Assembly (NCBI GenBank): GCA_026134025.1
Contig: JAOQII010000005.1
Span: 594 to 64,593, forward strand
Reading direction: 5' to 3'
Length of the DNA stretch: 64,000 bases
Source of the DNA: Candidatus Syntropharchaeum sp.
GTDB taxonomy: Archaea; Halobacteriota; Syntropharchaeia; Syntropharchaeales; Syntropharchaeaceae
A model generated the notes under the pieces. It was not told the DNA's origin, did no database searches, and saw only the letters and a program-made list of their open reading frames with translations. Numbering within the stretch: position 1 is the first letter of the stretch; each line of letters opens with the position of its first letter. Below, one piece after another: positions 28,013 to 37,258 of this stretch. Made by a program: the position numbers and the translations under genes.

Positions 28013-29677
28013 ATGCCAAAAAAATCGATCGAGATCATAAAGGAGACGTTCAAGGAGGATGATGCAACCCGCGAACGTACATCATTCTATGAGTTTGGAG
28101 GGTGGAGGCAATCACGGCGTAAGCAGGAGTATGTCAAGCTTGCAAAGGATCTAATCGAAGAGCGAGGACTCACCGGTTATCAGGGAGATCGAGAGGATAT
28201 GGGCGTGCCACTGGGCCAGCGGTTCATCGAGCCATACTACATCTCGGGAACAGATGTTTTATGTGATGGTGAGGATCTCCACCAGGTCAACAACGCGGCG
28301 ATCCAGCAGATGGGTGATGATATCAAGCGGACCGCGATCTCAGGGCTTGATATGACACACAGGATGCTTGAAGTCAGGATCGGAGCTACAGTGACGCCAG
28401 AGACGATAAACAGGTATCTTGAGGTTGCAAATCACACGATCGTCGGTGGTGCAGTTGCACAGGAGCACATGGCAGAGATCAACCCTGCGATGACCCGGGA
28501 TGGATCTGTGAAGATCATGAGCGGGAATGAGGAACTCATGTCGCACATCGATAAACAGTACATCATCGATATAAACAGGGAATATCCAGCCAATCAGGCA
28601 GAAGCGTTGAAAGAGGGGATCGGAAAATCGATATATCAGGTTGTTAGAGTCCCGACTGTTGCTGTTAGAAACGCAGATGGCGGGACAACACATAGATGGG
28701 CTGCAAACCAGTGCACGCTCGGCTTTATAACCGCGTACGCGCTGGGTGGCGGGTCAATCCTTGCTGATTTCTCATTAACCTCAAAGCACATGCAGTATGT
28801 CACGCTCGGAACACCCACGTGGCCCAGACGGGGTCCAAGAGGTAAGAATGAACCTGGAGGCATTCCCTATGGGTATGTTGGGGACTTCTGCCAGGCCGAT
28901 GCTGCAGGTTCTGATGAGATCACATATTTCTGTGAGTCGATGGCACTCTCAAACTTCCTCTACCTCAATCTCTGGGTCAATGGGTATGTGATCGGTGGGA
29001 TAGGTGGTGTGCACGCCGGGGCTGTTTTATTCACGAACAACGTACTTGATGAGCTTGCAGGACACATCACAGACTGGATCGTGGATCGCTATGGTGGACT
29101 GGCAAAGGCCAAGCCGTCATTTGATGTGATAAGAGACGTCTGTCATGAGGCATGCTTCCATCTCCTGGAGGAATATAATCGGTATCCACTCCTTTTAGAG
29201 CACCACTGGGGAGGAGCGATACGGATGTTCATCCTTTCCACATTGGGTGGGATGGCTCCTTCGTTTGCAACAGGGCACTCGCTCGCCGGGATGATCGGCT
29301 ACCACTATACAGGTGGGTATCTCATGAAGGAAGCATGGGGCAGGGGGTCGTTCGGCTCACAGGACTCGGTGGATCACATGAACCTCGCCTACGCAGCTTC
29401 AATGGTACCTGATGAGGGACTTCTTCCCGAGTTGAGAGGACCAAACTTCTCAAGTGACTCGACAAATGCGATTGTCCAGTGCACAAGCCCATCGTACGCC
29501 GTGGCAGCCCACGCAGCTCGAAAGGATGCATGGTGTTTGAGTCCAGTGGTTAAAGTGGCATTCGCAGACTCAAAGCTACCATTTAATTTCAAAGAGGTTC
29601 GCAAGGAGATCGCACGTGGCACCCAGCATGAGTTTATGCCAGAGGGTGATCGCGACCCGATAAAACCAGGGAGGTGA
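28013..29677 (+). CDS. mcrA: methyl/alkyl-coenzyme M reductase alpha subunit, divergent
   Basis: 554 aa, collinear with McrA throughout (FYEFGGWRQSRRKQEY…, VAQEHM retaining the axial Gln, GKNEPGGIPYGY, PELRGPNF, VKVAFAD). The canonical FYGYDLQDQCG segment is replaced by SFGSQDSVDHM. Confidence 0.85.
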   Translation: MPKKSIEIIKETFKEDDATRERTSFYEFGGWRQSRRKQEYVKLAKDLIEERGLTGYQGDREDMGVPLGQRFIEPYYISGTDVLCDGEDLHQVNNAAIQQMGDDIKRTAISGLDMTHRMLEVRIGATVTPETINRYLEVANHTIVGGAVAQEHMAEINPAMTRDGSVKIMSGNEELMSHIDKQYIIDINREYPANQAEALKEGIGKSIYQVVRVPTVAVRNADGGTTHRWAANQCTLGFITAYALGGGSILADFSLTSKHMQYVTLGTPTWPRRGPRGKNEPGGIPYGYVGDFCQADAAGSDEITYFCESMALSNFLYLNLWVNGYVIGGIGGVHAGAVLFTNNVLDELAGHITDWIVDRYGGLAKAKPSFDVIRDVCHEACFHLLEEYNRYPLLLEHHWGGAIRMFILSTLGGMAPSFATGHSLAGMIGYHYTGGYLMKEAWGRGSFGSQDSVDHMNLAYAASMVPDEGLLPELRGPNFSSDSTNAIVQCTSPSYAVAAHAARKDAWCLSPVVKVAFADSKLPFNFKEVRKEIARGTQHEFMPEGDRDPIKPGR

Positions 29678-29681
29678 AAAG

Positions 29682-30437
29682 ATGATCTATCCAGGTGATG
29701 ATAGAATCGCAAAAAGGCGCAGGGCGATACTCAATAAAGATACAGCATTAAAGCAGCTGCGGGAGGTTGCAGACGAGGATCTCGTCATGATTCTTGGGCA
29801 CAGAAACCCAGGGGAGCGGTACTCGTCCGTACATCCCCCACTTGATGAGCTTAAAGAAGCGGAAGATCCAATAAGAGACCTTATAGAAGCAACTCCTGGT
29901 GCGAAAGGTGGTGACAGGATAAGATACGTCCAGTTCACAGACTCGGTCTACCACTCTCCAATAACCCCGATCTTCAGGGGCAGGATGTATCACATACGCT
30001 ACCGTGGGGCAGATACAGTAGCATACTCTGGAAGGGAGCTGATGGAAGCGCGGGAGCGGGACCTTGAGAAATATACGAAGGAGCTTCTTGAGACCGAAAT
30101 TTTTGACCCTGCAAGAACAGCGATTCGGGGTATCACGGTACACGGTTCCGCGATGCGACTCGATGAAGATGGGCTTATGTTTGATGCGAGGAGACGGTAC
30201 AGGTATGATAAAGACGAGAACACCGTGATCTACTCTAAAAATCAGATGGCGATCCCGATCGATAGATCGATCTCACTCGGCTCACCCAGAGATGAAGAGG
30301 ATCTCAAGGCTGATTCGATAATCTATGGACTTGATACCATAGGTTACAGGGATGCAGAGGAACTCTGGGAGGTTACAGGAAAGCTCATGGAGGATAACGT
30401 GAAGGGCGGGTTGAACCCGAAGTGGGTGGAGAGGTGA
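29682..30437 (+). CDS. mcrG: methyl/alkyl-coenzyme M reductase gamma subunit
   Basis: 251 aa, McrG-like (ILGHRNPGERYSSVHPPLDE…RYVQFTDS…YRGADT…RERDLEK…LLETEIFDPAR…HGSAMRLDEDGLMFD). Confidence 0.85.
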   Translation: MIYPGDDRIAKRRRAILNKDTALKQLREVADEDLVMILGHRNPGERYSSVHPPLDELKEAEDPIRDLIEATPGAKGGDRIRYVQFTDSVYHSPITPIFRGRMYHIRYRGADTVAYSGRELMEARERDLEKYTKELLETEIFDPARTAIRGITVHGSAMRLDEDGLMFDARRRYRYDKDENTVIYSKNQMAIPIDRSISLGSPRDEEDLKADSIIYGLDTIGYRDAEELWEVTGKLMEDNVKGGLNPKWVER

Positions 30438-30440
30438 GGT

Positions 30441-31553
30441 CTACCCTCGAATTTCATACTCCCTCTCTCCTATCCCAAGCTTCGCTGCAGCCTCTATCTG
30501 GACATCTGCGTTGGTCCAGGGGAAAATCTTTGAGAACTTTTCACCCACAACGCCTTCTGCCATCGATTCTGGAAGGGGCAAAGCAGCTGTTACAAGATCG
30601 AGCGATGCTTTATCGATCGCGAGAATATCTCTGGATGCAAGAATTCCAATATCAGGCACGATCGGATTGTCTGAGTATGGGTGGCAGTCACAGTGTGGCG
30701 TTATATCAAGGAGGAAATTAATAAATGTGAATTTGTCATGCCCCAGCAGATCCATAACAGCTTTTGCACACTCGACAAACCTCGTATCAAGTTCAGCCGG
30801 GCTTGTCCACTCAACCGTGATCGCATCCTCCTCACATATCCCAACGCAACCTCCGCACCTGATGCACGTATCTGTATCGATCACGTAATTAGTAATCGCA
30901 TCACACGGACAGATCTTCTCGCACGCTCCACAACGGTTACACCGTGCTTCATCGATCTTCGGATAGTCTTTTATATGAATATCGTATTTCGAGGGCTTTG
31001 CCGTGCATCCAACACCGACGTTCTTGAGTGAACCGCCGAACGACCCGCTCTGATGCCCTTTGAAGTGCGTGAGGCATATCACCCGGTCACATTCTGCGAT
31101 CGCCCTTGCAACATATACCTCCTTGAGCTGGGTACCATCAAGATCGACCCTGACAAAATCAAGACCTTTCAATCCATCGGCGATGATTATCGGAGCCTGT
31201 AACGTCTGGTGGGTGTATCCATTCTCCTCTGCTACCTTAATCCTTCCTGTTGCAAAGTTTGTATCCCGACGCATCCCGAGACCGCACGTCTCTGTGAAAA
31301 AAGGCTCTCCACCCCGCGCCTTAACCATCCCTGCAACCTTTCGCATAAATACGGATCTTAGTTGCTTTGTCACACCCCGCTCACCGAAGTGAACCTTCAG
31401 TGCAACGATGTCCCCTCGCACGATATCATCGAGGAGTCCACTTCGCTCAAGAAGTTTCTCAAGTCTCGTAACCGCGCTCAAATCTGGCTGATACCACTTA
31501 CTGACATCTTTGACAGGCGCTCTCGTATCTGTGAAGTAGACGGTTGAGGCCAT
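30441..31553 (-). CDS. DUF362-domain protein with an inserted double [4Fe-4S] ferredoxin module
   Basis: Two CxxCxxCxxxCP motifs (CNRCGACEKICPC, CIRCGGCVGICE) inside a DUF362 scaffold. Start is 7 nt after the porD stop on the same strand. Confidence 0.55.
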   Translation of the reverse strand: MASTVYFTDTRAPVKDVSKWYQPDLSAVTRLEKLLERSGLLDDIVRGDIVALKVHFGERGVTKQLRSVFMRKVAGMVKARGGEPFFTETCGLGMRRDTNFATGRIKVAEENGYTHQTLQAPIIIADGLKGLDFVRVDLDGTQLKEVYVARAIAECDRVICLTHFKGHQSGSFGGSLKNVGVGCTAKPSKYDIHIKDYPKIDEARCNRCGACEKICPCDAITNYVIDTDTCIRCGGCVGICEEDAITVEWTSPAELDTRFVECAKAVMDLLGHDKFTFINFLLDITPHCDCHPYSDNPIVPDIGILASRDILAIDKASLDLVTAALPLPESMAEGVVGEKFSKIFPWTNADVQIEAAAKLGIGEREYEIRG

Positions 31554-31559
31554 CCTCCT

Positions 31560-31802
31560 CTACTCCTCTTTCACCATGCGTATCGCCTTTGTTGGGCACT
31601 CGTTCGCACAGATTCCGCATCCTTTGCAGTATTCATAATCAACCTCAAACTCAGGACTGATCGTACCCTCAGGGCATAGAAGGTAGCAGTTGTAGCAGTG
31701 TATGCAGGACTCTCGATTACGAACAGGCATAAAGACCCGCCAGTCGCCAGTCCTTCCTGATGCGCCTATGGTTGGATATGCGATTGACATTTTCACCTTC
31801 AT
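31560..31802 (-). CDS. porD: 2-oxoacid:ferredoxin oxidoreductase delta subunit (2x[4Fe-4S])
   Basis: 80 aa with CIHCYNCYLLCP and CKGCGICANECP. Confidence 0.75.
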   Translation of the reverse strand: MKVKMSIAYPTIGASGRTGDWRVFMPVRNRESCIHCYNCYLLCPEGTISPEFEVDYEYCKGCGICANECPTKAIRMVKEE

Positions 31803-32425
31803 ATCGCTCCCTCTGCCTCAAGTTCCTCATACGCTTCTTCTTCAAGTTCCTCAGATGCTGCCAGCGTGTACTGGAGATTCTGAACCCTGACAACCCGCTC
31901 ATAAGCGATCTCTGCAGCCTTGATATTCCTCGGGTCTGAATAGATCTTCTTTATCGCACGCTTTAGCGAAGTCTGTTTTACAAGCCCGAGCTTTGCAAGC
32001 GCTCCAAGCATGGGTGTGTTCAGGACAGGGGTTCCTGCAACTGTAAGCCCGAGATCGAGTGAGATGCTTGTCACATCGACCGCATAGAGACGATAATCCT
32101 CAAGTGCTGGCGGACATTCACCTCTGTTATTTATCAGAAATATCGTATTCTCACTCGCACCCGCTGTCACATCTGCGATCTCAACAAGCACCGGATCGAT
32201 GATAACAATATAATCAGGCGATCTTAAATTGCTGTATCTTTTCACCTCAGTATCAGATATGCGTGTTCCAGAAATTATCGCAGCTCCACGTCGCTCCGCA
32301 CCGTATACAGCGAGCGATGTACTGTACTTTCCATCAAAGAACGCAGCCATCCCGAGAATCTTGGCAGCCGTGGCACCGCCCTGACCACCCCTTGAATGAA
32401 ATCTTACCTCGGTTATATCCCCCAC
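31799..32425 (-). CDS. porG: 2-oxoacid:ferredoxin oxidoreductase gamma subunit
   Basis: FHSRGGQGGATAAKILGMAA is the OFOR gamma signature. Confidence 0.75.
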   Translation of the reverse strand: MGDITEVRFHSRGGQGGATAAKILGMAAFFDGKYSTSLAVYGAERRGAAIISGTRISDTEVKRYSNLRSPDYIVIIDPVLVEIADVTAGASENTIFLINNRGECPPALEDYRLYAVDVTSISLDLGLTVAGTPVLNTPMLGALAKLGLVKQTSLKRAIKKIYSDPRNIKAAEIAYERVVRVQNLQYTLAASEELEEEAYEELEAEGAI

Positions 32426-33585
32426 CAGAACTCACCTCCTTCGATCTCAACCATCTTTGTGATGTCCTCAGCCGTAATATCCTGACCGCCCAGACCCGCT
32501 ATCACATTAACAATTTCTCTCATCACCCCTGCATCATATAGACGCGCCTTGATCTCCTGAGCTATGATTCCACCACAGCCTCCAGAGTAGTCACGATCGA
32601 TTATAACAACCTTTTCGGCTTTTGATCCTGAGATTATATCAACGATCTCATCCGGGAATGGTCTGAACTGCCTGAGCTGGAGCAGACCTGCCTTAACGCC
32701 CCTGAATCGCAGCATATCGATCGCATCCTCCGCCTCCTTTGCAAGCGTCCCCATCGCAACGATAAGAACCTCTGCGTTATCTGTCCTGTACTCCATCACA
32801 GGATGATATTCCCGCCCGAAGAGTCTCAAGAATTCAGCTTCAGCATCTTTTATAACATCCTTTACCAGATCCATGGAGACCTTTCGATTATGCTGTATCT
32901 TGTAGTTATCAGTGGGTACAACAAGCGTACCGAGTGTGTGGGGTGCGTCAAAGTTGAGGGCGTGAGGAATCCTGATCTCATCAAGAAACTCCTCCTGATA
33001 GCGTTTTTCATCGATCAGGTGAAGCGGTTGATTTATATGTGTCAGGAGAAAACCATCGAGGCAGACCATCGCAGGCAACATCACATCCTCATTCTCTGCA
33101 GCTCTGAAAGCGATCAGGATTGTATCATACACCTCCTGAACAGTGGAAGTATAGAACTGAAGCCATCCCGAATCTCTCATCGATAATGAGTCGAGGTGAT
33201 CAGCCCAGATGTTCCAGCCTGATCCGAGTGCACGGTTTGCATTTGCCATAACGATTGGAAGTCTCCCGATCGCTGCCCAGTGAACCATCTCGGCCATATA
33301 GAGCAATCCATGGCTTGATGTGGCTGTGAATGTCCTTGCTCCACAGGAAGACGCTCCGATACACGCGGCAAGTGCTGAATGCTCACTCTCAACCGCTATA
33401 TACTGGCAGTCGTGCCTCTCTTCGCCGATAAAGCGTGATAACTTCTCAACAATCTCTGTCTGTGGTGTTATAGGGTATGCAGCAATCACAGAAGGTTTTG
33501 CAACAAGAACCGCCCTTGCAGCAGCTTCACATCCTGTAACAAAAAGTCCTCTATCTTTCTCTAATTCTGTCTGCGTCGTCATCAC
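32413..33585 (-). CDS. porA: 2-oxoacid:ferredoxin oxidoreductase alpha subunit
   Basis: GCEAAARAVL...AAYPITPQTEIVE N-terminal domain of POR/KOR/VOR alpha. 390 aa. Confidence 0.8.
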   Translation of the reverse strand: MMTTQTELEKDRGLFVTGCEAAARAVLVAKPSVIAAYPITPQTEIVEKLSRFIGEERHDCQYIAVESEHSALAACIGASSCGARTFTATSSHGLLYMAEMVHWAAIGRLPIVMANANRALGSGWNIWADHLDSLSMRDSGWLQFYTSTVQEVYDTILIAFRAAENEDVMLPAMVCLDGFLLTHINQPLHLIDEKRYQEEFLDEIRIPHALNFDAPHTLGTLVVPTDNYKIQHNRKVSMDLVKDVIKDAEAEFLRLFGREYHPVMEYRTDNAEVLIVAMGTLAKEAEDAIDMLRFRGVKAGLLQLRQFRPFPDEIVDIISGSKAEKVVIIDRDYSGGCGGIIAQEIKARLYDAGVMREIVNVIAGLGGQDITAEDITKMVEIEGGEFWWGI

Positions 33586-34490
33586 AGTCCAAACGCCTCC
33601 CTGTAGTAGGCTATATTTGCATCGACCTTTCGTTGTGTGATCTCAATATCCTCCTCACTCATCCTTGAAAATCTTCCCTGAACTCTGAGATAATCCTTAA
33701 CAGGTATCGGATTCTTCATCGCGTCGAGACTCGGCTTGCTCATCGAGAAACTCCTATTTTCAGTCTCATACAGGAAGAATGAACAGCTTCCTACAGCAAG
33801 CTTTCCAATTTCTATCGCTTTCTCGGTTGAGATTCTCCAACCAGGCGGGCAGGGCGTCAGGACATGCAGGAACTTGGGTCCCTCAATTGAGAGGGCACGC
33901 TTTACTTTTCTCTGAAGATCCATCGGGTAGGAAGGACAGGCTGTTGCCATGTAAGGGATATTATGAGCGCTGATTATGGCTGCAATATCTTTCTTATCCT
34001 CTTTCTTGCCGAAAGGTGTCGTCGTTGTCGATGCTCCGAACGGTGTTGAGCCCGATCGCTGCATACCTGTGTTTCCATACGCCTCGTTGTCGTAGCAGAC
34101 ATAGAGAAAGTCAGTATTACGCTCGATAGCCCCTGATAGTGCCTGAACTCCAATATCAACCGTTCCACCATCACCAGCAATTGCTATCACATTTATCCCA
34201 CGTTCTCGTACTGCTGCCCGAACACCACTTGCCATCGCAGCTGTACAGGCAAAAGCGGTATCAAGTGTGGGTAACGCCATACACGTATTCGGGGAGATCC
34301 CCTCACAGACCACGGCACAACATGCAGAGACGAGCACGAATGTATCAGGACCTGCAGCCTTCAAGATGTGACGTATGGCGAGCATCGCAGTGCAACCAGG
34401 GCAGGATGAATTTCCTTTGAGCAGATATTCCTCCCTGTTCACCGTATTTGTACCAAAGCCATAACGATCTTCTACTTCGCGAGCTATCAT
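33582..34490 (-). CDS. porB: 2-oxoacid:ferredoxin oxidoreductase beta subunit (TPP-binding)
   Basis: CPGCTAML...GDGGTVDIG TPP-binding motif. Start moved to the ATG at 34490 (MIAREV), because the upstream extension is encoded by an A/T homopolymer promoter-like tract. Confidence 0.75.
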   Translation of the reverse strand: MIAREVEDRYGFGTNTVNREEYLLKGNSSCPGCTAMLAIRHILKAAGPDTFVLVSACCAVVCEGISPNTCMALPTLDTAFACTAAMASGVRAAVRERGINVIAIAGDGGTVDIGVQALSGAIERNTDFLYVCYDNEAYGNTGMQRSGSTPFGASTTTTPFGKKEDKKDIAAIISAHNIPYMATACPSYPMDLQRKVKRALSIEGPKFLHVLTPCPPGWRISTEKAIEIGKLAVGSCSFFLYETENRSFSMSKPSLDAMKNPIPVKDYLRVQGRFSRMSEEDIEITQRKVDANIAYYREAFGL

Positions 34491-34867
34491 GATAAACACC
34501 AAATCCGTTATAGATTTTTTTAAAAAAAAGGATCTGGTCAAGCCTCAACATACCAATGCTAAGAGAAGCAAGTGCAAAATATCACCGTTCCTCGTCCTTC
34601 TCCCAGTTAGAGACTTCATTCTTGACCACTTCAACCTCAAATGAGACAATATATAAAAGTTGTGGTAACTGCATCGCATTCAGAATGAATGCAAAAGTCT
34701 CATATAATAAGAATCTCAGGGCTATCCATTCTATAGTACTGTAAACAAAGAAAGACACTCTCCAGGGACTAAATCTGTGAATATGTAGGTGAGTGCCTGG
34801 TTTGATAAAGGAAAGGTCTTAAGATCGTAGCAATGCATTAAGAAGTATCGATATTTTGAATAAAGAC

Positions 34868-35143
34868 CTAAACTATCCTTGATGGGAGAAAGAAGAGAAT
34901 AATCGCCATTGCCATTAACACTATCGCTAAGATAATTAAGATCTTCAAGACGCCAACGTCAGTGCCAAATATAATCGGTATTGGTCCAATCATTATGATA
35001 CCACCGCCACGCACGCTGGCTTCTGATTTTTCCGTGCTGCCGCCCCCGTTCTTCCATGATTGATATGCCATGCTGAATACCCCTGCGAGGATCAGTAGCA
35101 CTCCTATGAACATGATCAAGAACCCTGCAGTAATCAGTTTCAT
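34868..35143 (-). CDS. small two-TM membrane protein (hypothetical)
   Basis: 91 aa, two hydrophobic helices separated by a Gly-rich loop. Weak support. Confidence 0.3.
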   Translation of the reverse strand: MKLITAGFLIMFIGVLLILAGVFSMAYQSWKNGGGSTEKSEASVRGGGIIMIGPIPIIFGTDVGVLKILIILAIVLMAMAIILFFLPSRIV

Positions 35144-35253
35144 CAGCTTTCATCCACCTTCTATGTTATATTTTTCCATTCATGTTTCTTAAATTTTTGG
35201 TGATACGATCATTTTATAACCACATCTTTTAAAGATATGGAAATGGTGATGGA

Positions 35254-36420
35254 ATGTCTGAGCGTATAATCTATGCTGATCGAATAAACCAGTTGCCGCC
35301 GTATCTATTCGCAAGAATCGATGAGATGAAAGAAGAAGCAAAGAAGAGTGGGATAGATTTAATAGACCTGAGTATAGGCGATCCCGATATACCCACCCCA
35401 CAAACGATTATCGAGGAACTCTATGATGCCGTTAAAGATCCAAAGACGCACAGATACCCGACTTATGATGGAATGCTCTCATTCAGGGAAGCCGTTGCAG
35501 GATGGTATAAGCGTATCAAGGACGTCAAACTCGATCCGGTGAATGAGGTTGTTGCGCTCATAGGGTCAAAAGAGGGAATCGCACATATTCCTTTTGGCTT
35601 CGTGAATCCTGGTGACTATGTCCTTGTGCCAGATCCTGCATATCCAGTATATCTCAACTCAACGATACTCGCAGGCGGAAAGCCACACGTCATGCCGCTT
35701 CTTCGTGAGAACGATTTTTTGCCTGACCTATCAAGAATCGAAACCGAAATTCTGAAAAAAACAAAGTTACTATTCTTGAACTATCCGAACAACCCAACAT
35801 CAGCCGTTGCAAAACGAGAATTCTTTGAAGAGGTCGTTGATTTCGCAAAGGAGCATGATATCATCGTCTGCCATGATAACCCGTACAGTGAGATCGTATT
35901 CGATGACACTCGTGCTCCAAGCTTTCTTGAAATTGATGGGGCACGTGAGGTTGGTATTGAGTTCAACTCACTCTCAAAGACGTGTAACATGACAGGGTGG
36001 CGGATCGGCTATGCGGTTGGATCGAGTAAGGTACTTGAAGGACTCCTGAAGGTCAAGACGAATATCGACTCAGGTGCGTTTGAGGCGATCCAGCGTGCAG
36101 GGATAAAGGCTCTCGAGATCGCAGATAAAGTCGCGAGTGAGAACAGCCGTATATACAGCAAGCGGCGTGATGTATTATGTCGTGGTCTTGAGATTGACCC
36201 ACCTTCTGCGACATTCTATCTCTGGGCACCGGTTCCTGATGGATACGACTCATTCTCCTTTACAGAAGCCCTACTTTCAAAGTGCGGGATCCTTGTAACA
36301 CCAGGGATCGGGTTTGGTAAATATGGCGAGGGATTTGTGAGATTTGCGTTGACAGAATCAGTTCAGAGGATAGAGGAGGCGGTGGAGAGGGTTAAGAAGG
36401 AATTTATTTTCAAGCAATAA
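35254..36420 (+). CDS. dapL: LL-diaminopimelate aminotransferase
   Basis: Class I aminotransferase with the LPPYLFARI DapL signature and the SLSKT PLP-lysine motif. Confidence 0.85.
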   Translation: MSERIIYADRINQLPPYLFARIDEMKEEAKKSGIDLIDLSIGDPDIPTPQTIIEELYDAVKDPKTHRYPTYDGMLSFREAVAGWYKRIKDVKLDPVNEVVALIGSKEGIAHIPFGFVNPGDYVLVPDPAYPVYLNSTILAGGKPHVMPLLRENDFLPDLSRIETEILKKTKLLFLNYPNNPTSAVAKREFFEEVVDFAKEHDIIVCHDNPYSEIVFDDTRAPSFLEIDGAREVGIEFNSLSKTCNMTGWRIGYAVGSSKVLEGLLKVKTNIDSGAFEAIQRAGIKALEIADKVASENSRIYSKRRDVLCRGLEIDPPSATFYLWAPVPDGYDSFSFTEALLSKCGILVTPGIGFGKYGEGFVRFALTESVQRIEEAVERVKKEFIFKQ

Positions 36421-36763
36421 GAAAGGAGCAGAACCTATCCCCTCGTGCCATAGAGGCTCTATGCCAAACATCCTGGTTAAGAATAGTTTCGATTAGCGAA
36501 AGATCAAACGCGCATATAATCTCACCAAATTCCTTTGAAACCTCGTAGAAGAGGCAGTTATACGATTTTATAAGGGTATTGCCGTTCTCCAGTACTATCT
36601 CTACGAACCATCCCATTTCATTCAAGAACTCCACGAGAATCTCAAGATCTACCTCCCCTGTACATCTTTCTCGGTAAATATTTGCCTCTCTCGTCCCAAG
36701 TGCCGCCATCATCTCTCTGACACGTTCTTCTCCATCCTTCTCGATCATATCACTGATCAGCAA
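36410..36763 (-). CDS. small Cys-containing protein, possibly a V4R (hydrocarbon-binding-like) domain
   Basis: 117 aa, TTG start (internal ATG at 36748). Cys spacing NCLFYE...ICAFD...FCSF is reminiscent of V4R/COG1719 proteins. Assignment is tentative. Confidence 0.25.
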   Translation of the reverse strand: MLISDMIEKDGEERVREMMAALGTREANIYRERCTGEVDLEILVEFLNEMGWFVEIVLENGNTLIKSYNCLFYEVSKEFGEIICAFDLSLIETILNQDVWHRASMARGDRFCSFLIA

Positions 36764-37258
36764 CTTTAAAAGCTTGGGATAAGCCTTCTTGAAGCACCCT
36801 TCTGCTTCCTCGGTTAGAGAAAAAAGGATCTTTGGTCTTTCAGGTCAGGTCTTGGTATCAGAACCAGTTTTCGCTTGCAAGAGCGATTAAGGAGTGGAGA
36901 AAAGGAACGGTAGAAATCCCTTACTACCAAAGAAGGTATACGCTCCCAATTGAGGTCACAAACGTTCAAGGACAGAAAAAAGCTCTTCCGGCAGTTATAC
37001 CAGACATTTGGATTGTTTGAGTCTGAACAGATACCTCTGAGCATCATAAATATCATTGAGAGCCACTATGAGGGTAGACATCATTATCGGGCTTATCTGC
37101 CAAAGAAGGTTGTAAAAAAACGTTTCTCGAGGATTTCACGCTTTATCAACGAAGAATGCCACCTTTAGAAGTTGGGTAGGTTCAGAGTGATCGCCTGAAG
37201 GATACAGGCGCATATAATATATACTCCTACTGTAAAGATGATGTGAGGTTGAAGTGTC

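Noticed and set aside
34491-34541. Longer porB start (MTRSFFLKKSITDL…)
   Set aside because: The extension is encoded by an A/T homopolymer stretch typical of a promoter. The internal ATG giving MIAREV… matches OFOR beta N-termini.
36832-37168. Two short plus-strand ORFs in the 36.8-37.2 kb gap
   Set aside because: Different frames and no recognisable domains. Possibly remnants of a decayed gene, but not enough evidence to call a feature.
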